NCBI GenBank assembly: GCA_030549895.1
Contig: JAUQQM010000001.1
Span: forward strand, 44,091 to 108,090
Direction: 5' to 3'
Length of the DNA stretch: 64,000 nt
From: Patescibacteria group bacterium
Lineage (GTDB): Bacteria > Patescibacteriota > Minisyncoccia > UBA6257 > HR35
Shown in pieces: positions 1 to 8,356 of the stretch (the first letter of the stretch is position 1; each line of letters starts with the position of its first letter). The position numbers were made by a program, and so were the translations under genes. A model generated the notes under the pieces. That model ran no database searches. It was not told the origin of the DNA and worked only from the letters and a program-made list of their open reading frames with translations.

Positions 1-82
1 TATGAAAAACTTAATTAATTTTTGGATCTTTATGATCTCTAAATGATTCATTAATATAAAAAAATTTAGGTATTTTTTATAA

Positions 83-386
83 TGTTCCTCGAGAAACATT
101 TTAAGGTATTTTCTAGAATGTTTCTCAAGAAACATTTATGGAAAATTTAATTAATTTCGTATATTTTAAGATATTTAGAAAGTATTTTAAAAAAACAGGA
201 TTATTTTTATAGTGTTCCTCGAGGAACATTTTTAGAGGAAATGTTCCTCGAGGAACATTTTTAAGAGGTAGTGTTTCTCGAGAAACACTTAGGTACTTGT
301 AGTGATGTTTCTCGAGGAACATCGGAGTATAGGCCGAATGTTTCTTGGGAAACACTTAAATACGGTGTGGTGTTTCTCAAGAAACA
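83..386. repeat. Array of eight 16-bp palindromes, consensus TGTTYCTCGAGRAACA (parS-like)
   Basis: Copies start at 83, 119, 213, 242, 272, 306, 339, 371. Best copy differs from canonical parS TGTTTCACGTGAAACA only at two symmetric core positions. Confidence 0.85.
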
Positions 387-415
387 TTGACAAAGATGAA
401 TTTTTGTGGTATAAT
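387..415 (+). promoter_or_regulatory. Consensus sigma70-type promoter with extended -10
   Basis: TTGACA 387-392, 17-bp spacer, TG at 407-408, TATAAT 410-415. Confidence 0.7.
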
Positions 416-418
416 ATG

Positions 419-1702
419 TTAATAACTTTTTGAGGTCTCTAATAAAACTCTTAAAGTATGAAAAATAATAATCAAATCTAAAAAGAGATTTTGATTTTTT
501 ATGTAAAAAAGATCATATTCTAGTTTTTTCTTTGTCCATTCTACTGATGGATATTTCCCTATATTTATTTGAGCCCAGCCGGTTAAGCCAGGTTTAACTA
601 AATGTCTTAAGGAATAATACGGTATTTTTTCTTTAAGTTCAGAGACGATTTTTACTTGCTCTGGTCTTGGGCCAACTAATGTTAAATCTCCTTTTAAAAT
701 ATTTATAGCTTGGGGGAGTTCATCAAGATGAAATTTTCTTAAAAATTTACCAAAAGGAAAGATAAGCCCCTCATCTTTTCCTATCCAAACATCCTTTTTT
801 TCTTGATGTAATGTTCTAAATTTTATAATTTCTATCTCTTTTTCACTCTTACCAACTCTTTTTTGTTTGAAAAATATTGGCCCTGGGCTAGAAAGTTTAA
901 TTCCTAAAGCAATAAAAGGAAAAGTTAAAATAAAAATAATCATCAATATAAAGCCAAAAATTAAATCTATTAGTCTTTTGAAAAAGTTATAAATCAATCT
1001 ATCTTTATTTGCTATATTCAAAATATCGATTTTTGAAAGATATTCTATTGGTAAAAACTCAAAAACATTCTCATAGAAATCTTTAATTGTTTTTACTTTT
1101 GTAATTTCTTCTTGATAGTTCTTTTCATCTATTATTTTTCTAACATCAAAATTTGGAGGGATAACAATAATTTTTGGTTCAGGAATTTCAGAAGCTTTTC
1201 CAAAAGACTTTATAAAAAAAACATTAAAACCAAGGTGCAAATTACGCTGAAGATCTTTTAAAAGTCTTTCAAAAATTTTCCTTTGCCCTAAAAGTAAAAG
1301 GTTTATCTTGGGTCTTTTAAAATAAAAGTAATTAGCAAATTTTCTTTTAAAGAAGGTATCAAAAATTAAAAAAAGGATCCAAAAAATTAAAAGATTTTTT
1401 TTTGGACTTATTTTACCCCCAAAAAGGTAAAAATAAATAAAAGAAAAAATAAAGGTTGTGATTATCGAGGTAAAGTTTTTTTTAAAAAATTCTTTTGCGC
1501 TTAGACTTTTATCTATTCTGTAAGATCTTATAAGGGTGCTAGTTAAGATGAAGAAAACAAAAATAGGTAAAAAATAATTAAAATGAATCTTAAACTGCTC
1601 TATATTGCCTTTAAACCTTAAAAATACAACTAAAAACAAAGAGAAAAAAAGTAAAAATATATCTCCTAAAATAAGAAAGAGTCTGTAAATTTTAAAATTC
1701 AT
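419..1702 (-). CDS. Polyprenyl-phosphate glycosylphosphotransferase (WcaJ/WbaP-like sugar transferase)
   Basis: N-terminal TM helices; C-terminal KRLID...KFRT...LDELPQ...VGPRPE...KPGLTGWAQ motifs. Confidence 0.9.
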   Translation of the reverse strand: MNFKIYRLFLILGDIFLLFFSLFLVVFLRFKGNIEQFKIHFNYFLPIFVFFILTSTLIRSYRIDKSLSAKEFFKKNFTSIITTFIFSFIYFYLFGGKISPKKNLLIFWILFLIFDTFFKRKFANYFYFKRPKINLLLLGQRKIFERLLKDLQRNLHLGFNVFFIKSFGKASEIPEPKIIVIPPNFDVRKIIDEKNYQEEITKVKTIKDFYENVFEFLPIEYLSKIDILNIANKDRLIYNFFKRLIDLIFGFILMIIFILTFPFIALGIKLSSPGPIFFKQKRVGKSEKEIEIIKFRTLHQEKKDVWIGKDEGLIFPFGKFLRKFHLDELPQAINILKGDLTLVGPRPEQVKIVSELKEKIPYYSLRHLVKPGLTGWAQINIGKYPSVEWTKKKLEYDLFYIKNQNLFLDLIIIFHTLRVLLETSKSY

Positions 1703-4101
1703 TATTCAATAACAAAATTTAAAAGCTTGTCCTGAATAAAGATAACTTTTTTGATATGAGCGTTAGAAATAATTTTTGAAATTTTATGATTCTCTTTTAC
1801 TTGAGCTAAAACTTCTTCTTGACTTTTACCTTTTGGAAGTGTCAATTTTAGTTTTAACTTCCCGTTAATTTGAATAAGATAGGTAACTTGATCTTCTTTA
1901 AGAAATTTTTTTTGAGGTTTTGGCCAAGCTATTCTATCTAAAAATGTCTTTTTACCTAAAATTTCCCAGCATTCTTGAGCAAGATGAGGAGCAAAAGGAA
2001 AGAGTAATTTTGCTAAGGTTTCAAGATATTTTTTATGAAATACTTGACCAAGAGAAAGTCTTCTTGTAAGTTCTCTTTGATATTCCATTAAAGCACTGAT
2101 AGCAGTATTGAATTTAAATTTTTCAATGTCATTTGTGACTTTAAAAATTATTTTACTTTCAAGTTTTTCTAATTCTTCTGGTTTTGCCTTTGATTTGTTT
2201 TTTAACTTTGTATAATCTTTAAAAAGACTATAAACCCTTCCTAAAAATCTATAAATTCCATTAATACCTTCATAAGACCAGGCTTTAGTTGCTTCTAAAG
2301 GACCCATAAACATCTCGTAAACTCTTAAAGTATCAACACTATATTTTTTAACAACATCTTCAGGATTAACAATATTTCCTCTTGATTTTGACATTTTCTC
2401 ATTATCAGGACCAAGAATAATACCTTGATTGATAAGCTTTTGAAATGGTTCTTTAGTTGGCACTAATTTAAGATCATATAAAACTTTATGCCAAAATCTT
2501 GCATAAAGAAGATGTAAGACAGCATGCTCGGCTCCACCAATGTAATAGTCAACTGGAAGCCAGAATTTTTGAAGTTTAAAATCAGCAAAAGTTCTTTTAT
2601 TTTTAGGATCAATATATCTTAAATAATACCAACAAGAACCAGCCCATTGAGGCATAGTATTTGTTTCTCTTTTTGCTTTCGAGCCGCATTTAGGACATTT
2701 AACTTCAACCCAATTTTTTATTTTAGCTAAAGGAGACTCACCAGTGCCTGTTGGCTCATAATATTTAACTTTAGGAAGTTTTAAGGGTAAATCTTTTTCA
2801 GGAACAGGTACATTACCACAAAAAGAACATTTAATTATAGGTATAGGCTCACCCCAATATCTTTGTCTTGAAAAAATCCAATCCTTAAGTTTGTAAGTAA
2901 CTTTGATCTGGGCTATACCTTTTTCTATTAAATAATTTGTTATTTTTTCTCTTGCCTCTTTAACAGACATATAAGTAAGAAATTCAGAATCAATCATTTT
3001 TCCTTCTTGCCCTTCATAAGGAATCTGGTCTGAAGAAATAACTTTAAAAATTGGTAAAGAAAACTTTTTGGCAAATTCATAATCTCTTTGGTCATGAGCC
3101 GGGACTCCCATAATAGCTCCACTTCCATAACTGGCGATCACATAATCACTAACCCATATTGGAATTTTTGTTTTTGTTAATGGATGAATAGCATAAGCAC
3201 CTGTAAAGACGCCTGTTTTTTCTTTAGTTTCTTTAAGTTGGCCACTAAAATGGCTTTTAATGTACTTTTCTACAAAATAAAAATAATCGCTTTCTGTTAT
3301 TTTTAAAACTAATGGATTTTCTGGAGAAACAACAATAAAAGTAACACCAAAAATTGTTTCTGGTCTTGTGGTAAAAACTCTTATACAGAAATTTCTGTTT
3401 TCTATAGGAAAATCTATTTCAAGACCTTCTTTTTTACCTATCCAGTTTCTTTGCATTTCTTTTATATTCTCTGGCCAGTCAAGTTCTTCTAAGTCTTCTA
3501 AAAGTCTATCAGCATACTTGGTTATTTTAAGATGCCATTGAAGTAGATTTCTTATTTCTGTTTCGCTCCCACAACGTTCACATTTTCCTTCTATTACCTC
3601 TTCATTGGCTAGGCCAGTTTTACAATTTGGACAGAAATTTATTGGAGCTTCTTTCTCATAAGCAAGACCCATTTTGAAGAATTGTAAAAACATCCATTGA
3701 GTCCATTTATAGTATTGAGGATCTGTTGTATTTATTTCTCTGGACCAATCATAAGAAAAACCTAAAGATTTTATTTGTTTTTTAAATCTTTCAATATTTT
3801 TAGGGACAAAAGTCATTGGGTTCTTTTTAACTTTAAGAGCGTAATTTTCTGCTGGAAGACCAAAAGCATCCCAACCCATAGGATGAAGAACATTAAAACC
3901 CTTCATTCTAAAATATCTTGTAATAATGTCTCCAGCAGTATAGTTTTCTACATGGCCAACATGAAGGCCAGTACCTGAAGGATAGGGAAACATAACTAAA
4001 ACATAAACTTTTGGTTTTCTATAGTTATCTGCTCTCCAAAGAGAAGGTTTTTTAGCCCATCTATTTTGCCATTTTTTTTCTATTTTATGGAAGATAGACA
4101 T
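1702..4101 (-). CDS. leuS: Leucine--tRNA ligase
   Basis: MFPYPSG-LHVGH (HIGH), GGAEHAVLHLLYARF, KMSKS. Confidence 0.97.
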   Translation of the reverse strand: MSIFHKIEKKWQNRWAKKPSLWRADNYRKPKVYVLVMFPYPSGTGLHVGHVENYTAGDIITRYFRMKGFNVLHPMGWDAFGLPAENYALKVKKNPMTFVPKNIERFKKQIKSLGFSYDWSREINTTDPQYYKWTQWMFLQFFKMGLAYEKEAPINFCPNCKTGLANEEVIEGKCERCGSETEIRNLLQWHLKITKYADRLLEDLEELDWPENIKEMQRNWIGKKEGLEIDFPIENRNFCIRVFTTRPETIFGVTFIVVSPENPLVLKITESDYFYFVEKYIKSHFSGQLKETKEKTGVFTGAYAIHPLTKTKIPIWVSDYVIASYGSGAIMGVPAHDQRDYEFAKKFSLPIFKVISSDQIPYEGQEGKMIDSEFLTYMSVKEAREKITNYLIEKGIAQIKVTYKLKDWIFSRQRYWGEPIPIIKCSFCGNVPVPEKDLPLKLPKVKYYEPTGTGESPLAKIKNWVEVKCPKCGSKAKRETNTMPQWAGSCWYYLRYIDPKNKRTFADFKLQKFWLPVDYYIGGAEHAVLHLLYARFWHKVLYDLKLVPTKEPFQKLINQGIILGPDNEKMSKSRGNIVNPEDVVKKYSVDTLRVYEMFMGPLEATKAWSYEGINGIYRFLGRVYSLFKDYTKLKNKSKAKPEELEKLESKIIFKVTNDIEKFKFNTAISALMEYQRELTRRLSLGQVFHKKYLETLAKLLFPFAPHLAQECWEILGKKTFLDRIAWPKPQKKFLKEDQVTYLIQINGKLKLKLTLPKGKSQEEVLAQVKENHKISKIISNAHIKKVIFIQDKLLNFVIE

Positions 4102-4141
4102 ACTTGTTAGTTTTTCTATTCTGTATTAAAATTATTATACA

Positions 4142-4600
4142 ATGAATTTTAGGCATTATTGGGCAACTTTAGATTATATTCCTGAAGATAAATCAATTTT
4201 TTGGTATTTTTTATGGGGCATTCTTTTAGGTGGTAGTCTTGTTTATGCTATTTTTACTTTTAACTTTCTTTTTGCTGTTGTCATCATTATAGGTTTTATA
4301 TTTGTTTTTCACCCAGATTTTAGAAAATTAAAATCGATAAAGGTTGAGTTAACAGACGAATACATTAAAATAGACGATAATGAATTTAAATTAAATGACT
4401 ATTATACTTTTTCAATTCATAAAATAAATGAAAGAAACTTCTTAGAACTTTATCCAAAAAGTTTTTTCAAAAAAGAAATTCATCTTCCTTTACCAGAAGA
4501 CCTTGTAGAACAAGTAAGAGAAGATCTTAAAAAGATAATGCCCGAATCAAAAGAAGAGCCAAGTCTTTTAACTTTTATTTTTAGAAATCTTTGGCGTTAA
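4142..4600 (+). CDS. Hypothetical membrane protein (two TM helices plus soluble C-terminal domain)
   Basis: 152-aa ORF with hydrophobic N-terminal hairpin. Confidence 0.7.
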   Translation: MNFRHYWATLDYIPEDKSIFWYFLWGILLGGSLVYAIFTFNFLFAVVIIIGFIFVFHPDFRKLKSIKVELTDEYIKIDDNEFKLNDYYTFSIHKINERNFLELYPKSFFKKEIHLPLPEDLVEQVREDLKKIMPESKEEPSLLTFIFRNLWR

Positions 4601-4671
4601 GCCCCCATAGCTCAAAGGAAGAGCGTAGCCCTGCGGAGGCTAAGATCCCTGTTCGAATCAGGGTGGGGGCA
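4601..4671 (+). tRNA. tRNA-Arg(GCG)
   Basis: Acceptor GCCCCCA/TGGGGGC; anticodon arm TAGCC-CTGCGGA-GGCTA; T-loop TTCGAAT; no encoded CCA. Confidence 0.92.
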
Positions 4672-4677
4672 CAAAAG

Positions 4678-6741
4678 ATGGAAAAAGTCTATAACCATAA
4701 AAAAGTAGAAAAAGAAGTCTTAAAAATTTGGAGGAAAGAAAATTTAGGAAATCCAGAAAAAGAAAAAGGAAAAACTTTTTGTATTATCATGCCTCCTCCA
4801 AATGCTAATGGTAGACTCCATATGGGTCATGCTTTAATGCTCTCAATTCAAGACACAATTGTAAGATATCAAAGAATGAAGGGTAAAAAAGTTCTTTGGT
4901 TACCTGGTTTTGATCATGCTGGCTTTGAAACATTAGTTGTTTTTGAAAAAGAGTTAGAAAAAAAGGGATTAAGTAGATTTGAAATACCTAAAGAGAAGCT
5001 GTATAAGGAAATACTAAAATTTGCAAATCAGAAAAAGAAAGAAATAAGAAATCAGATGAAAGAATTAGGTATAAGTTGTGCTTGGAAATATGAAAAATAT
5101 ACTTTAGATAAAGACGTTGTAAAACTTGTACTTGAGACCTTTGAAAGACTAAAAAATGATGGATTAATTGAAAAAAGTGAAAGACTTGTAAATTGGTGTC
5201 CTAAGCATAAAACTGCTTTTTCTGATTTGGAGGTAATTTTTAAAGAAAAAAATTCATTTCTTTACTACATTAAGTATGGACCTTTTGAAGTAGCCACAGT
5301 AAGACCAGAAACAATTTTAGGAGATGTTGCTTTTGCTGTAAATCCTCAAGATGAAAGATATAAAAGTTACCTAAATAAAAAAGTAGAATTTGAACATCCT
5401 CTTACAGGAGAAAAAGTATCTTTTCCTGTAGTTTTTGACAAGAGAATTGATCCTAATTTTGGAACAGGAATTATAAAAGTAACTCCTGGTCATGATTTTT
5501 TTGACTTTGAACTTGCCAAAAAATTTAACCTTCCAATTATCCACATTTTTGATGAAAATGGAAAAATAAATCTCAAAGGATCAAAATATTATGGAATGAA
5601 TATTAAGGAAGCAAGAGAAGTAATAGTTAAAGATTTAGAGTTAAAAGGTCTTTTAATTAAAAAAGAGTCTTATCTTCATTCAGTGCCTGTATGCTATAAA
5701 TGCGAAAGTGAAATAGAACCAAGACCAATGGAGCAATGGTTCTTACTTTTAAACAAAAAGTTTAGACTACCTAAAAAGTTAAAGGAATTGATTAAAAAAG
5801 ATCATGCTTCTTTAAAAGAAATTGCTCTTGCTGGAGTAAAACTTATAAAATTTGAACCACCGCGATTTAAAAAAATATTAATCAATTGGCTAAAACAAAT
5901 AAAAGATTGGAATATTTCAAGACAAGTCGTTTGGGGCATTAAAATTCCTAACTCTGAAGATGTTTTCGATACTTGGTTTTCTTCTTCTCAATGGCCAGTA
6001 GTTACTCTTAAGTCTTTTGGAAATAATGTTTTTAAAAAATATTACCCAACAGATGTGATGGAAACTGGTTATGATATCTTACAATTTTGGGTCTCAAGAA
6101 TGATTTTTATGGGCCTTTATCTTACAGGAGATATACCTTTTAAAAAAGTTATCCTGCATGGAATTGTTAGAGACGAAAGAGGACAGAAAATGTCAAAATC
6201 AAAAGGAAATGTCATTGATCCAATAGATATTGTCCAAAAATATGGAGCTGATACGTTAAGACTTGGACTTTTAATGGGAAATGAAATGGGAAAAGATGTA
6301 ATTGTCTCTGAAAATAAATTTATTGGAGCTCAAAGATTTTTAAACAAAATTTGGAATGCAACAAGATTTTTAATTTTAAAAAGAAAAGAAATAGAAAAAT
6401 TAAACAGAAAATTAAAGGAGCCAAAGAAATTTTCTCAAGAAAGTAAAAAAATTTTAAAAGATTTTGAAAAATTTAAAAAAGAAATATTGACTCTTATGGA
6501 AAAAGATAAACTATCTTTAGCTTTAGAAAAACTTTATAAGTTCTTTTGGTTTACTTTTGCAGACCAGATAATTGAAAATACTAAGAAAAAAATAGCTCAA
6601 GGCGATTTTGAGGCTTATTTTGTTTGTGAAAGGCTTTTAAAAGAAGAGTTAAAACTTCTTCATCCATTTCTGCCATTTTTAACAGAATATTTATGGAAGA
6701 AAATTGGAAATAAAACTCTTCTTGCTCAACAGGGCCTATAG
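4678..6741 (+). CDS. valS: Valine--tRNA ligase (compact form); true start is ATG 4678, downstream of the tRNA
   Basis: PPPNANGRLHMGH, DHAG, WNISRQ, DTWFSS, KMSKSKGN; ends without the usual C-terminal coiled-coil arm. Confidence 0.95.
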   Translation: MEKVYNHKKVEKEVLKIWRKENLGNPEKEKGKTFCIIMPPPNANGRLHMGHALMLSIQDTIVRYQRMKGKKVLWLPGFDHAGFETLVVFEKELEKKGLSRFEIPKEKLYKEILKFANQKKKEIRNQMKELGISCAWKYEKYTLDKDVVKLVLETFERLKNDGLIEKSERLVNWCPKHKTAFSDLEVIFKEKNSFLYYIKYGPFEVATVRPETILGDVAFAVNPQDERYKSYLNKKVEFEHPLTGEKVSFPVVFDKRIDPNFGTGIIKVTPGHDFFDFELAKKFNLPIIHIFDENGKINLKGSKYYGMNIKEAREVIVKDLELKGLLIKKESYLHSVPVCYKCESEIEPRPMEQWFLLLNKKFRLPKKLKELIKKDHASLKEIALAGVKLIKFEPPRFKKILINWLKQIKDWNISRQVVWGIKIPNSEDVFDTWFSSSQWPVVTLKSFGNNVFKKYYPTDVMETGYDILQFWVSRMIFMGLYLTGDIPFKKVILHGIVRDERGQKMSKSKGNVIDPIDIVQKYGADTLRLGLLMGNEMGKDVIVSENKFIGAQRFLNKIWNATRFLILKRKEIEKLNRKLKEPKKFSQESKKILKDFEKFKKEILTLMEKDKLSLALEKLYKFFWFTFADQIIENTKKKIAQGDFEAYFVCERLLKEELKLLHPFLPFLTEYLWKKIGNKTLLAQQGL

Positions 6742-6803
6742 TTTAACTGGTAAAACGCTGCTTTCGCTAAGCAGAGATCGGGGTTCAAATCCCCGTAGGT
6801 CCA
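6732..6803 (+). tRNA. tRNA-Ala(CGC), overlapping the last 10 nt of valS
   Basis: Acceptor GGGCCTA/TAGGTCC with G3:U70; anticodon arm CTGCT-TTCGCTA-AGCAG; T arm CGGGG-TTCAAAT-CCCCG. Confidence 0.88.
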
Positions 6804-6808
6804 CAAAA

Positions 6809-7483
6809 TTATTTTCTGAATTTTATTTCTTCTAAAAACTTTTTCGCTAAATCTTTACCACCTAAACCAAAAGCAAGGCCTCCAGCTAAAGCAAGCATAG
6901 CTACCATCCCTCCAATTATTATCTGAATTATATTTTGAGAAACACCAAGTTCATAAAAAGCTACTAAAAATCCAAAAACTACAATTGACCAGTAAATAAA
7001 GTTATAAATGACTTCACTTGACCAATGACCAGCACTCTTTATTGTTGCTTTGCCAAGTTTGCCCAAAACTTCACCTAAAAGTAAAGAAGCAACAAAAATA
7101 ACAAGAGCAACAACTACTTTTGGAATATAAAGAAATATTTCTTTAAGAAGATCTGTTGCTGCTTTAAGTCCTAAAGCATCAAAAGCAGCTAAAAAACCAA
7201 TTAAGATAAAAACCCAATAAACAATTGTTCCTAAAAATCTACCTGAGTTAAGAACATAACCAGCTCTTTCAAGATATCTCTCAAAGTTAAGCTTTCTTAA
7301 TGCTTCATCTATTTTCAAAAACTCAACAATTTTCCTTACAACCTCACCAACAGCATAACCAATTAAAATACTAATAAGAATAAAGACTATAGCTACAATA
7401 AGTCTTGGTAAAAAACCAAAAATACTATTCCAGACATTATAAAATGACTGGGTTATTAGATAGGCATAAGTTGTCTGGTCCAT
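6809..7483 (-). CDS. TM-helix repeat / CmpX-like protein (MscS-family transmembrane region)
   Basis: FLPRLIVA and YIPKVVVA repeats; C-terminal ALAGGLAFGLGGKD motif. Confidence 0.8.
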   Translation of the reverse strand: MDQTTYAYLITQSFYNVWNSIFGFLPRLIVAIVFILISILIGYAVGEVVRKIVEFLKIDEALRKLNFERYLERAGYVLNSGRFLGTIVYWVFILIGFLAAFDALGLKAATDLLKEIFLYIPKVVVALVIFVASLLLGEVLGKLGKATIKSAGHWSSEVIYNFIYWSIVVFGFLVAFYELGVSQNIIQIIIGGMVAMLALAGGLAFGLGGKDLAKKFLEEIKFRK

Positions 7484-7545
7484 GAAATTTAAGTCCGTCT
7501 TACTTTATTTAAAAGTTTGACGGACCTAAAAGAAATAATTTTAAA

Positions 7546-7574
7546 ATTATAATTTAATATTAAAGAAAAATCAA
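7546..7574 (-). promoter_or_regulatory. sigma70-type promoter for the 6809-7483 gene
   Basis: Minus strand TTGATT-17 bp-TATAAT. Confidence 0.5.
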
Positions 7575-7591
7575 CTTAGTCTTAAGTTTTT

Positions 7592-7600
7592 TGTGGATAA
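7592..7600 (-). promoter_or_regulatory. Perfect DnaA box (TTATCCACA) between divergent promoters
   Basis: TGTGGATAA on + strand, 6 bp upstream of a -35 element. Confidence 0.5.
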
Positions 7601-7606
7601 AAACTC

Positions 7607-7636
7607 TTGACAAAAATAAAGCTTTAATAATATAAT
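7607..7636 (+). promoter_or_regulatory. sigma70-type promoter
   Basis: TTGACA 7607-7612, 18-bp spacer, TATAAT 7631-7636. Confidence 0.7.
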
Positions 7637-7644
7637 TTTATATT

Positions 7645-7695
7645 ATGGTTTATAGTTTGTTGAAGATTCAATTTGCTACTCTAAGGGGGGCTTAG
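7645..7695 (+). CDS. Putative leaderless leader peptide MVYSLLKIQFATLRGA
   Basis: ATG 8 nt after the -10 box; TAG 7693-7695 lies in the 5' arm of a long hairpin. Confidence 0.45.
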   Translation: MVYSLLKIQFATLRGA

Positions 7696-7722
7696 GTTTT
7701 TTTAATTTTTTTAAAAAAACCT

Positions 7723-7746
7723 AGGCCCCTAAAAGGGGCCTTTTTT
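7723..7746 (+). terminator. Intrinsic terminator, mutually exclusive with upstream hairpin 7686-7730
   Basis: AGGCCCCT-AAA-AGGGGCCT followed by a T run. Confidence 0.65.
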
Positions 7747-7753
7747 AATTATT

Positions 7754-8356
7754 ATGGAAGAAGTAATTCTTAAAAAAACAATAGAGGTTTTCCAAGGAGC
7801 AAATTATAAAGAAGACTTTAATATTGAAAAACTAACAGAAGAAGATAAAGAATATTTTGGTTTTATTTTAAGTAATCTTGAAAACAAAAAATTAAAATTT
7901 TTAAACTCATCAGTCCAAAATTCAGATATCATAAAAGGAATAACGCTTAACTTAGGAGTTCATACTGTTTTTCATGAATATTTAGAAAAAAAACAAGATC
8001 CTCTTGAAGACGAATTTTCTAAAGTAACTTCACTTTTTATCCTTGAAAGTTCTCAAAATTTAAAAAAAGCCCTTGAAGAAAAAGAGATTAATCCAGAGAG
8101 TTTTCTAAAAAAAATAGCTTATGGATTCTTAGGAATTGTTTTAATTAGCTCCGACTTAAGACATGAAAGAGCAAAAATTGAAAGATCTATTACTTACCAG
8201 CTTTATTATGAATCAATTATTAAAAAATCCTTGTGGGGAATAGAAGTTGATGTGAAAGGATTTTATGAGGCTTTAAAAACATATAATTCTTTTTCAACTA
8301 AAAAAATAAAAAAACTGCTTAATGATGGTGGTTATTTTGTTTTAGAAAATATATAA
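7754..8356 (+). CDS. Hypothetical protein
   Basis: 200-aa ORF with genome-typical codon usage; no recognised motif. Confidence 0.65.
   Translation: MEEVILKKTIEVFQGANYKEDFNIEKLTEEDKEYFGFILSNLENKKLKFLNSSVQNSDIIKGITLNLGVHTVFHEYLEKKQDPLEDEFSKVTSLFILESSQNLKKALEEKEINPESFLKKIAYGFLGIVLISSDLRHERAKIERSITYQLYYESIIKKSLWGIEVDVKGFYEALKTYNSFSTKKIKKLLNDGGYFVLENI

Noticed and set aside
125-355. 76-aa ORF
   Set aside because: It is a translation of the palindrome array; no protein signal.
83-386. CRISPR array
   Set aside because: Repeats are 16-20 bp, spacers mostly 13-20 bp and irregular, and no cas genes are in the window.
4591-4677. N-terminal extensions of valS, the dehydrogenase (16252-16323) and rsmA (28671-28733) in the ORF track
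   Set aside because: Each extension is read through a tRNA gene; protein homology begins after the tRNA.
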